Positions 21,104-28,684 of a DNA stretch of 64,000 nucleotides are shown piece by piece (within the stretch, counting starts at the first letter, position 1; every line of letters begins with the position of its first letter). Source of the stretch: Planctomycetia bacterium (GTDB lineage Bacteria > Planctomycetota > Planctomycetia > Pirellulales > UBA1268); assembly GCA_014192425.1 (NCBI GenBank), contig BJHK01000010.1, forward strand, positions 82,089 through 146,088, in the 5' to 3' direction. The notes under the pieces were generated by a model. It did no database searches, was not told the origin of the DNA, and saw only the letters and a program-made list of their open reading frames with translations. Both the position numbers and the translations under genes were made by a program.

Positions 21104-21883
21104 GTGCGCGTGCCAACGACGGAAGGGATTCTGCGCGTGGGAAGGATTCTCTGCGTGGCCAACCAAAAGGGAGGCGTCGGCAAGACGACCACCGCGTCGA
21201 ACCTCGCGGCGGGCCTGGCCCGGGGCGGGATGCGAACGCTGCTCGTCGATCTCGACCCCCAGTGCAACGCCACGACCGGGTTCGGGATCGCCCCCGCCGT
21301 CACCCACCCGCTCGTCTCCGAGCTGCCGCTTCGCGAGTCACTCGTGGAGACGACCGTTCCCGGCCTGGCGGTCCTGCCCGGCAGCCGGAGCGTCCGCGAC
21401 GTGGAGCGGATCGTGGCCCAGGCGCGGGCCGGGGCCGCCGTGCTCGAGGGGCACCTCGCCCGCGGGCTGGCCGCCTGGGACTACTGCCTCATCGACTGCC
21501 CGCCCTCGGTCGGGGAACTGACGCGGACGGCGCTGGCCGGGGCCACCGAGGTGCTGATGCCGATCCAGTGCGAGTACTTCGCGCTCGAGGGGCTGACGCA
21601 GATGATCGAGGTGATCCGCGACGTGATGGCGGAGCGGCCGGGCCGGCTGTCCTTCAGCGGCATCGTGCTCACGATGCACGACGCGGCGCTCGAGCTGACG
21701 GCCGAGGTCGAGGCCGAGGTCCGCGACTTCTTCGGCGAGATCGTTTTCGAGACGGTCATCCCCCGCGACGTGGCGGTGGCGGAGGCCCCCAGCCACGGCC
21801 GGAGTGTCATCGATTACGCGCCGCGCTCACCGGGAGCGCGGGCCTATACGGAGCTCTGCATGGAGGTGCGCGACTGTGAGTAG
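21104..21883 (+). CDS. parA: Chromosome partitioning ATPase ParA/Soj
   Basis: Deviant Walker A NQKGGVGKTTT and ParA-like body. GTG 21104 as listed; GTG 21137 (VGRILCVANQKGG) is an equally plausible start. Confidence 0.9.
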   Translation: MRVPTTEGILRVGRILCVANQKGGVGKTTTASNLAAGLARGGMRTLLVDLDPQCNATTGFGIAPAVTHPLVSELPLRESLVETTVPGLAVLPGSRSVRDVERIVAQARAGAAVLEGHLARGLAAWDYCLIDCPPSVGELTRTALAGATEVLMPIQCEYFALEGLTQMIEVIRDVMAERPGRLSFSGIVLTMHDAALELTAEVEAEVRDFFGEIVFETVIPRDVAVAEAPSHGRSVIDYAPRSPGARAYTELCMEVRDCE

Positions 21884-22946
21884 GGAACGACGACTGGGAC
21901 GCGGACTGGAAGCCCTGCTCGGCCGGGCGGGCCTGGAGCCGCAGACGCCGGCACCGGCGGTGCAGGGGACGGCGGCGCTGGCGAGCCAGCCCGCCGCGCG
22001 GCCCGCGGCCGGACTCGGCTCGGGCGCGGCCCGGCTGTTCCTCCACGCTCCGGAGGAGCTGGAGAAGTCGGCCGCCGACCTGCCGGTCATGGAGGCCCGC
22101 GCCGACCGCATCGACGCCAATCCCTGGCAGCCGCGGAGCGTGGTCGGCGCTGCCGACCTCGAGGAGCTCGTGGCCAGCCTGCGGGAGCACGGGCTCGTGC
22201 AGCCGATCGTCGTCCGTGCCAAGGCCGACCGCTACCAGTTGATCGCCGGCCAGCGTCGGCTGGCGGCGGCCCGCCGGCTCGGCTGGGAGAAGGTGCCGGT
22301 CCGCGTCCTCGACGTGGACGATCGCGGCATGGCGGAGATCGCGATCGTCGAGAACCTGCAGCGCCGAGATCTCGATGCCCTGGAGAAGGCAGCCAGTTTC
22401 CGGCAGTATCTTTCCACCTGGGGCTGCACGCAGGAGGAACTGGCGAAGCGGCTGTCGATCGACCGCTCGCACGTGGCCAATCTGATCAGACTGCTCGAAC
22501 TCCCCGAGGGGGTGCAGGGCCGACTCCGGTCAGGCTCGATCTCGATGGGGCATGCCCGCGCCCTCCTCCCGCTCGGCGACGAGGCGGAGCAGGTCCAGCT
22601 CGCCGACCGCGTGGCCGCCGAGGGGATGTCGGTGCGGACGCTGGAGGGGGAGATCCAGGAGATCCTGCGGCGCGACGACGAGGGCCTGGCGGACGACGAC
22701 ATGCAGGTCGGCGATGTCGGCAGCGACGAGGCAGCCGGCGAGCGGCCTGCGGTGCCGGCGAAGCGCCGGCCGGGGCGGCCGGCGACGCGGCGGCCGAGCC
22801 AGGTGGTGGCGGTGGAGAACCAGTTGCGGCGGGCGCTCGGCGTGAAGGTGGTCGTGCACGCCAACGGCCGGGGGGCGGGGCGGATCGTAATCCCGTTCGC
22901 CGACCTCGACGAGTTCCAGCGGCTGCTCGACCAGCTTTCGGAGTGA
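21876..22946 (+). CDS. parB: Chromosome partitioning protein ParB/Spo0J
   Basis: GTG 21876 gives VSRERRLGRGLEALLG, the canonical ParB N-terminus. LVQPIVVR, LIAGQRRLAAARRLG and ENLQRRDL boxes. Overlaps the parA stop by 8 nt. Confidence 0.9.
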   Translation: MSRERRLGRGLEALLGRAGLEPQTPAPAVQGTAALASQPAARPAAGLGSGAARLFLHAPEELEKSAADLPVMEARADRIDANPWQPRSVVGAADLEELVASLREHGLVQPIVVRAKADRYQLIAGQRRLAAARRLGWEKVPVRVLDVDDRGMAEIAIVENLQRRDLDALEKAASFRQYLSTWGCTQEELAKRLSIDRSHVANLIRLLELPEGVQGRLRSGSISMGHARALLPLGDEAEQVQLADRVAAEGMSVRTLEGEIQEILRRDDEGLADDDMQVGDVGSDEAAGERPAVPAKRRPGRPATRRPSQVVAVENQLRRALGVKVVVHANGRGAGRIVIPFADLDEFQRLLDQLSE

Positions 22947-22999
22947 CGTGAGAGACGTGCATGGCCGGGGCCGGTCGGCCGCGGTACACTCGCACGCCT

Positions 23000-23072
23000 C
23001 GGAGCGTAGCGCAGTTGGTAGCGCGCTTGGTTTGGGACCAAGAGGTCGAGAGTTCGAATCTCTCCGCTCCGA
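23000..23072 (+). tRNA. tRNA-Pro (anticodon UGG)
   Basis: Folded by hand. Acceptor cggagcg/cgctccg, D arm gcgc-agttggta-gcgc, anticodon arm cttgg-ttTGGga-ccaag, variable loop aggtc, T arm gagag-ttcgaat-ctctc, discriminator a. CCA is not encoded. Confidence 0.93.
23027..23072. repeat. attL core (3' half of tRNA-Pro)
   Basis: 46-nt ttggtttgggaccaagaggtcgagagttcgaatctctccgctccga is identical to 30123-30168. Confidence 0.9.
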
Positions 23073-23142
23073 TTCATTTTCGCCCTTGAAAACAAGGCGT
23101 TTGCGAGCGCGGCCGAAAATGCTCGCCCGGCCGATGCCCGCC

Positions 23143-23165
23143 CGGCGCTACCCCGGCGCTACCGC
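23143..23165 (+). repeat. Tandem 10-mer pair near attL (candidate integrase arm-type site)
   Basis: cggcgctacc-c-cggcgctacc-gc. The same 23-mer with one mismatch is at 29971-29993, in the same orientation. Confidence 0.6.
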
Positions 23166-23408
23166 AGGACGGATTTCGCGGCCCCGCCGCCCGGCCGCAC
23201 TGCGCCCGCGGGGTGGGGACCGCAACGAACGTGCCGGACGATCCGAGACCCCGCGACCCCTCGCCCCGCGTTTCCGGCGGTTTCGTTTGGGGGGGGGTGG
23301 GGTCCGCGAGAAATCGGACGTGCGGACGAAGACCCCATGCCCCCTTCACGCGAGAACGTGCCGGGTTTTCGAAAATCGCCGGGCGATCGTGGCGCAAGAA
23401 AGTCTGTG

Positions 23409-23803
23409 CAGGGCAGCGGATTTCGCAGCCGGGGGCCGGGGCGAGGGCCGACAAGGAAGGACCCGTCGCCCGACCGCTGCCGGACCGGGGGGCGGCGGGG
23501 CGAATCACGGCAGGATCGGCGACGGTCCGCCCCCGGCCCGCGGTTCGCACACTGGCGGGTCCTCCCGAGCGTTGTGGTCGGAACGCCGGCCTACGGATCG
23601 CCGACCGTGTCCGGCAGACTTGTCCCACCGCGAAAAGCGGGCACCCGTGCGACGGGTCCTTCCCAGCGGTCGCATCCAGCCCCACGGCCTACGGATCGAC
23701 CGCCCGCCGACACACTGTTTGTTTTCCCGTTCCGCCGGTGTCGCGGGTCCTTCCGCCGGGCCGGCCGGCCGCGCCCCCGGCTGCGAAATCCCCCCGTGCC
23801 CTG
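23409..23803. repeat. Imperfect ~57-bp inverted repeat pair enclosing ~280 bp with internal direct repeats
   Basis: Arms at 23409-23465 and 23744-23803 share, in inverted orientation, blocks of 11 bp (cgggtccttcc), 18 bp (cccccggctgcgaaatcc) and 7 bp (tgccctg). A 14-bp direct repeat cggcctacggatcg occurs at 23588 and 23686 between the arms. Confidence 0.7.
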
Positions 23804-23970
23804 ACTCTCTCCCTCAGTCCGGCCGCCCGTGCTCGGCTGGGAAATCCATGGCCATCCTGAGCCGTAGTTCGCGATTCGCTTTTCGGGCGACCGGCTGCAA
23901 TTCGTTGTGATCCCCTCTGTAAGATGGTAGCCTCCCCTCGTCAATCGCCTTCAATCAAAAGGGACAACAA

Positions 23971-24522
23971 ATGCGGATTGTAAAATTCTTCGTCGGACTT
24001 GTTTTTTGCGTCGGTCTGGCACAGGTCTTCATGGCGAGCGGTAAGCAGCGACCGCAAAACATTGAAGCGCCCGCGAAACGCCAGCAGCCGCAAGCAGTCA
24101 CGCCGGCTCCGCCAGAGAAGCCCTTGCCAAAGCCATCAACTGACACGGCCGAGACTCGGGAAAAGTTGGTTGACGCACTAGTTGAGCAGTTCAATCCGGC
24201 GCCCGCCGGATGGGCCGGGTTTGCGGTTCGCAAAGTCGAATTGAAAAACGTTGGCCAAGTAGCCGTCACGCTCAACTATTCAAAACAACCCAGTGGCTAC
24301 CCGCAGGTTCAGGCCGACACAAAAAAGGTCGTCCGCGCGTGCTTGAAATGGATTCAGGAACAAGGCCACGATCCTGCAAAGGAATGGATCACGGTCATCG
24401 CTTCGGCTCACCTTCCAGAAAAGGGCGAGACTGGTAAGGACTTGGTGCGGATCATGGGCCGGAGTACCTACAACTTCAACAACGACCAGATCGAGTTCAA
24501 GAAAGATGCGAACCTGTGGTGA
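23971..24522 (+). CDS. Secreted/membrane-anchored hypothetical protein (island cargo)
   Basis: Clean ORF in an otherwise ORF-poor region, about 50% GC. N-terminal signal-like MRIVKFFVGLVFCVGLAQVFMASG, Pro/Gln-rich linker, then a ~110-aa globular part. No family recognised. Confidence 0.7.
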   Translation: MRIVKFFVGLVFCVGLAQVFMASGKQRPQNIEAPAKRQQPQAVTPAPPEKPLPKPSTDTAETREKLVDALVEQFNPAPAGWAGFAVRKVELKNVGQVAVTLNYSKQPSGYPQVQADTKKVVRACLKWIQEQGHDPAKEWITVIASAHLPEKGETGKDLVRIMGRSTYNFNNDQIEFKKDANLW

Positions 24523-24803
24523 CTCGCTTCCTTGACGCCGTTGGGCGAGCACCTCAAAAAACAATCCTGCCCCCTCGCCGGCGAAATGGCGAAATTCGAG
24601 AAACCGAGCGAAAGCCGCTGTTTTCAAGGGCTCGAATTTCACCGGCCGCGCCGGATTGAAATTCGGCGGAAATGCCGAAACTCCCCGCCACGTCCTCGCC
24701 AGCGGGGCCGGCCGGGCGAATTTGTGATTTTCTCCGAATTCCGCCAGATCGACCGCCGGCGAAATTCACCGGCCCGAAACCGGCGTTTCACTCGGCGATT
24801 CCG

Positions 24804-26363
24804 CTACCTCGGCTTGCCCGGCGGGAATTTCTCCATTTCTTGCGCCGCCGCCCCGGGGAACATTTCTTCCACCGGCGGGAGAACCCGCTCGCCGTCCGCG
24901 TCCCGCCCGGTCGGCTTCCATGCTTTCGGCGGACGACCGCGGCCGGCCGGGGCCGGGTCGGCTCGATCGAGGCACCCTTTGTCTTCCAGTTCGGCGAGGT
25001 ACCCGTTCGCCGTGGACTGCCCCGTCTTCAGCCGGCGGCGCACGTCCTTCGCCGAGAACGGGACGGGAAGGGCGTCGAACGGGTCGTCCACCTCGGCGAG
25101 CAACCGCTCGAGGAACCGCCGCGCCGGGTCGGACAGGGACTCGCCGATCGTCCTCGCCAGCGGTCCCGACAGCAGCCGGGCGGCGACCGCGTAGTCCGCC
25201 GGCTCGGCGATCAGTCGTCCGTCCTGGTCCGTCTTCCGCTGCCGTTGGTGCAGCAGGGCGGAAGCCTGCACGATCGAGAGGACCATCGGGAGGGCGCGGC
25301 GACACTCGACCCGATCCGCGAACGCCTCGAGTTGTTCGACAAGCCGCTCGGCGAACGGAATCACGATCGCCCGCCGCTCGAGCAGCCGTTGCATGGCATG
25401 GTGCCGCGCCACGACGGGCGACACGTCCGAACGAACCTTGCCGCTCGCCACGGCCGCCAGCCGTCGCATGATCGTCTTCGTCTGCACTCGCCGTTCGTCC
25501 GTCGAAAGCATGATGCACCGGTTCGCGTCTTCCTCGAACACCCGCGCCGCAGTCGTGGATTCCACGAACGCGATCGGTCCTTCCTGCTCGATCGTCACGG
25601 TCTGGATTTCGCCGTCCACCTTGCAGGGCATCATCTTCGTGAGCCGGCCGGCGGACAGCATTTCCCGCAGCGCCCGCGTAGCCTCGGCTTTGTCGTCGTT
25701 CTCGATCCGCGACCGCTCGCCCGCCACGACCCAACGGTGCGACAGGCTCCCCGGCCGCGCATGGAACAGGGCTTGCGGCGTCATCGTCGTGGCGAGCACG
25801 ACCGATTCGTTCGGGAACAGGCTCGCCACCTTTTCGACGGTGTGGGACTTCCCCGAGGACGATTGCCCCTGGACGATCGCGGCGAGGGGGCGCGGCAGCA
25901 GCCGGGAGGTCCCGACCAAATACAGGGTCAGCCGCAGGTCGTCTTCGCCGGCGACCCCGGCGGCTTCAATGTCGTTTCCGATTCGGTCGATCAGCGCCGG
26001 GTCCTCGAGCAGTCGCGCCGCTTCCTCGAGCACCGCGGGGTCGGTCTGCTCGAGCGCGGTACGGGTCTGCTCGGCGAGGTCGTCCGGCGGTGCCGCGTCC
26101 GTCTGCGGGGCGTTCTCGGCGGACCGCTCGCTCGCGGCGCGCAGTAGTTGGGCTTGCACGTCCTCGGCGGGAATCCCGTGTTCATCGGCGAGCCGCGCCG
26201 CGTATTCGTCCCGTTTCGTTTTCTTCGCCAGATCGACCGTATCGGTGTCGATCAGTTCGCCGCTCGCGCAGTCGAGAACCTCCACGATGGTCCGCCTTTG
26301 CTTCCCGAGCGGAGTGAATCGGAATTCGACCGGCGCGGCGGCGGTGTTCTCGGGGCTGCTCAT
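24804..26363 (-). CDS. Walker-A NTPase, putative replication/helicase-type protein of the element, with probable C-terminal winged-helix
   Basis: Start at ATG 26363 (MSSPENTAAAP...). P-loop VQGQSSSGKSHTV, hydrophobic strand plus acidic residue IAFVESTT. C-terminal GQSTANGYLAELEDKGCL looks like a wHTH. The function assignment is inference. Confidence 0.6.
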   Translation of the reverse strand: MSSPENTAAAPVEFRFTPLGKQRRTIVEVLDCASGELIDTDTVDLAKKTKRDEYAARLADEHGIPAEDVQAQLLRAASERSAENAPQTDAAPPDDLAEQTRTALEQTDPAVLEEAARLLEDPALIDRIGNDIEAAGVAGEDDLRLTLYLVGTSRLLPRPLAAIVQGQSSSGKSHTVEKVASLFPNESVVLATTMTPQALFHARPGSLSHRWVVAGERSRIENDDKAEATRALREMLSAGRLTKMMPCKVDGEIQTVTIEQEGPIAFVESTTAARVFEEDANRCIMLSTDERRVQTKTIMRRLAAVASGKVRSDVSPVVARHHAMQRLLERRAIVIPFAERLVEQLEAFADRVECRRALPMVLSIVQASALLHQRQRKTDQDGRLIAEPADYAVAARLLSGPLARTIGESLSDPARRFLERLLAEVDDPFDALPVPFSAKDVRRRLKTGQSTANGYLAELEDKGCLDRADPAPAGRGRPPKAWKPTGRDADGERVLPPVEEMFPGAAAQEMEKFPPGKPR

Positions 26364-26469
26364 TCGGACTTTCTTTCGGGTTGTCGTGGGTCTGCGGCTT
26401 CCTGCCGTTGGTCCAATCGAAGGGTCGTTTTCTGGAACGTGTCGAAGGTCGGGCGAGGGCGTGAACTGG

Positions 26470-26754
26470 TCACAGATCGCAAATGTCGAAGCCGTTTTTC
26501 GTCGTCGCGTCCGATTTCCGCAGCGCGGCTTGCGAACGTTCGATTTCCACAGTGACAGCCGAACAGGCATCGTCCCCGCCGAGGTCCCGCAGTCGGTCCC
26601 ACAATTCAGAATCGAACGTGAACCCATGCGGCAAATGCTGCCGGCGGATCGCGTGAGACAGGACCGCCACGACCGCCAGCCGCAGCCGGCCGGCGAGGTC
26701 CTCGAGGTCTACGGCCCGGCCGCGCACGTCCGCGTCGGTGTCGTCCTTCGTCAT
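26470..26754 (-). CDS. Small hypothetical protein (94 aa)
   Basis: ATG overlaps the stop of the upstream ORF as ATGA (26751-26754). Acidic, non-repetitive sequence. Confidence 0.5.
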   Translation of the reverse strand: MTKDDTDADVRGRAVDLEDLAGRLRLAVVAVLSHAIRRQHLPHGFTFDSELWDRLRDLGGDDACSAVTVEIERSQAALRKSDATTKNGFDICDL

Positions 26755-27269
26755 TCCGCACCCCCTCGCGCCCGCCGGCGCACGTCCCGCGCGAGGTCGT
26801 GGAAGCCGGCTTGCATGAACTGCCGCGCGGCCCCCCGCAGGATCGCCCGCCGCTGCGGCCCTTGCAGCCGCGCGGCTTCCTGCACGTCCTCCCGCGCCCT
26901 GGAAAGGTGTCGCCCGAGCCGGCTGTTCGTGTTCGTCAGTCGGTTGGCGTTCACGACCGGACCCCCTTCCTGCCGGCGGTCCACCGGCTCGAGCGGATCG
27001 TCCTGGTCGGGTTCGTCTTCGCCGGTGCAGCCGTCCCCGGGGGGGTCGGTCGCCGGTTCGGGTTCGTCTTCGCCGGCGGCGGCTGCACGTCCTGCCGATC
27101 GACCGCCGGCTCGAGCAGTTCGGCGGACGACACGAACCGGCGGCGGAACGAATCGAACGACCCGACAGCCCCGCCGCCGGCGGCGGCGTATGCGATCACG
27201 GCGGCGGTACTCGCCCCCGAGCACCGCGACCCGACCGGCTCGAGGTCCACGTCTTCGATCCGCTGGCAA
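26751..27269 (-). CDS. Hypothetical ORF; only the C-terminal ~100 aa look protein-like (possible 3' part of a frameshifted gene)
   Basis: The C-terminal part GEDEPEPATDPPGDGCTGEDEPDQDDPLEPV...FMQAGFHDLARDV is plausible. The N-terminal part is Arg-rich and overlaps the better-looking frame of 26951-27469. Confidence 0.35.
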   Translation of the reverse strand: MPADRRRGPRAGRVAVLGGEYRRRDRIRRRRRRGCRVVRFVPPPVRVVRRTARAGGRSAGRAAAAGEDEPEPATDPPGDGCTGEDEPDQDDPLEPVDRRQEGGPVVNANRLTNTNSRLGRHLSRAREDVQEAARLQGPQRRAILRGAARQFMQAGFHDLARDVRRRARGGAE

Positions 27270-27469
27270 GCCGAATCGACCATGCGACCGATCAGTAGCC
27301 GGTCGTCCGGCCCGATCGGGACTTGCCGGCCGACCAGGGCGAGCACCTTCCCGCCGAGGTCGATCCGGCGGAACTGGTCCGCCAGCGTCCGAGCCGGGGC
27401 CGGGCGGCGGTCCAGGGAAGCCGGGCTTGCCTCCAGACCGTAGGATTCAAGAGCGACGACAATCGCCAT
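26951..27469 (-). CDS. Hypothetical ORF; the N-terminal ~125 aa look protein-like (possible 5' part of a frameshifted gene)
   Basis: MAIVVALESYGLEASP...GRMVDSACQRIEDVDLEPVG...SSAELLEPAVDRQ is plausible. The tail (PPPAKTNPNRRPTPPG...) looks like an out-of-frame reading of the acidic repeat. Confidence 0.4.
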   Translation of the reverse strand: MAIVVALESYGLEASPASLDRRPAPARTLADQFRRIDLGGKVLALVGRQVPIGPDDRLLIGRMVDSACQRIEDVDLEPVGSRCSGASTAAVIAYAAAGGGAVGSFDSFRRRFVSSAELLEPAVDRQDVQPPPAKTNPNRRPTPPGTAAPAKTNPTRTIRSSRWTAGRKGVRS

Positions 27470-27531
27470 TTGCAGCCCCGGCGCGGGGCAGTAGATTCCG
27501 TCCATTCGACCCGCCTCCCAACGGGTTCACC

Positions 27532-27577
27532 GCGACCCCCGCCGAATCTCACCCCGGCGGGGGTCGCAGCATTTTTG
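27532..27577 (+). terminator. Strong hairpin with T-run on the plus strand, between the alpA-like gene and the next minus-strand ORF
   Basis: Perfect 12-bp stem gcgacccccgcc (27532-27543) / ggcgggggtcgc (27556-27567), followed by attttt. On the minus strand the run is upstream of the hairpin (A-run). Confidence 0.4.
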
Positions 27578-27580
27578 GGG

Positions 27581-27811
27581 TTAGGTCCTCGGGTTCCTGG
27601 TCCTGGTCGCGCCGCCGGTCGATTCGCCGCGCTCGGCGATCCACTGGGACAATTCGCTCGCGCGGTACCTCACCGCACGGCCAACCCGCACCTCGGGCGG
27701 GCGATCCTCGCGTCCCTGCCACTTCCAGCGGGCGAGGGTCTGCGGCTGGAAGCCGAGAACCTCGGCGGCTTGCTTGCGGGTCAGCAGCCGGTCGTCCGTT
27801 GCCGTTGCCAT
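27581..27811 (-). CDS. AlpA/excisionase-family helix-turn-helix protein
   Basis: LLTRKQAAEVLGFQPQTLARWKWQG...VGRAVRYRASELSQWI matches the AlpA / MerR-like excisionase DNA-binding pattern. Confidence 0.8.
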   Translation of the reverse strand: MATATDDRLLTRKQAAEVLGFQPQTLARWKWQGREDRPPEVRVGRAVRYRASELSQWIAERGESTGGATRTRNPRT

Positions 27812-27922
27812 TCGTCACGTCCTTTCGGTTTCGTGTTCGTCGCACGTCGTCCACGACGGACGATTGATTGCGACAACAGGAAACCTACGGGCGATTGACG
27901 ACCCGGGAAACGACGAACCAGC

Positions 27923-27961
27923 GGGTTTGTCGTGCGATTCGACAAACCCCGGGGTTTGTCG
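27923..27961. promoter_or_regulatory. Operator-like triple box upstream of the alpA-like gene
   Basis: gggtttgtcg occurs at 27923-27932 and 27952-27961, with its inverse cgacaaaccc at 27940-27949. Positions 27940-27961 form a perfect 22-bp palindrome cgacaaacccc|ggggtttgtcg. A related cgggttgtcgtg lies at 26377-26388, upstream of the NTPase gene. Confidence 0.6.
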
Positions 27962-27985
27962 TCAGCCGCTCGAGCAGCGGCTTTT

Positions 27986-28684
27986 TCAGTCGATTCCGTC
28001 CACGATCCGCGCAACGTGGCGTTCCGAAATCTGAAACTCTTCGCCGACCCGCATATACCGCACGGTTTTCTTCGGGGTCGTCTTTCGCAGTTCGCGGAAC
28101 CGTTTGCGGATCGCTTTATGGATCGGCGCGGCTTGTGCTCGGCGAGCCGCTCCACCCTTGCGGGCGGCTTCCCTTAGCCCCTCGATCACCGGCGCGGCTT
28201 CGGCGGACTGTTTCAGATCGTCTGCGTATCGCCACATGGCGAGAAAGAATCCCTGCGCCATCGCCGTGTTTATCGCCGCATGCAGCACCATCAATTCGGC
28301 ATATGAAAAATCCAACTGGTCCCACTTCCAATACTCAGGATCGCCGAGGTCATCGCCGCAAGGTGTGAATCGGTTGTATGATTCGCTTGGGAAATGATCG
28401 AAGAACCGCCACGGCTCAGATACGATCATTTCGACTACCCACAAGTACGTTTGCTCGCCGTTGGCGGCGATCGCTTTTTCGATGTCAGGCGGGACGGCAA
28501 TTCCTCTAATCTTCGTCCCGTTGGTCCAGCACGGTATTCCATCAGCGGGCCTGAATCGCGGATAGTCTCCGGTGTCGGACCATAGCGGCGGAATCCGCTG
28601 GCCGTTTTCGTCCGGTAGCACCAGTGGCTTCGCCGGCAGCGCCGGCGTCTTCCTCTTGTTCCGGCCGGCTTTCTTCCGTTTCAT
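27986..28684 (-). CDS. Hypothetical protein with basic N-terminus and C-terminal HTH
   Basis: ATG 28684 overlaps the integrase stop as ATGA (28681-28684). MKRKKAGRNKRK... start. C-terminal VRYMRVGEEFQISERHVARIV looks like a resolvase/sigma-region-4-type HTH. Lower GC (~57%). Confidence 0.65.
   Translation of the reverse strand: MKRKKAGRNKRKTPALPAKPLVLPDENGQRIPPLWSDTGDYPRFRPADGIPCWTNGTKIRGIAVPPDIEKAIAANGEQTYLWVVEMIVSEPWRFFDHFPSESYNRFTPCGDDLGDPEYWKWDQLDFSYAELMVLHAAINTAMAQGFFLAMWRYADDLKQSAEAAPVIEGLREAARKGGAARRAQAAPIHKAIRKRFRELRKTTPKKTVRYMRVGEEFQISERHVARIVDGID

Noticed and set aside
22948-23944. Several overlapping ORFs (320, 215, 203, 155, 117 aa) at the attL side of the element
   Set aside because: All frames give Arg/Pro/Gly-rich sequences with no start context or domain, and one starts inside parB and the tRNA. 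The region is treated as non-coding (see finding).
24672-27867. Long plus-strand ORFs (491 aa and 824 aa) across the integrative element
   Set aside because: They are antisense to the NTPase and small-ORF operon. The translations are low-complexity Arg/Ser/Pro-rich, with no motifs.
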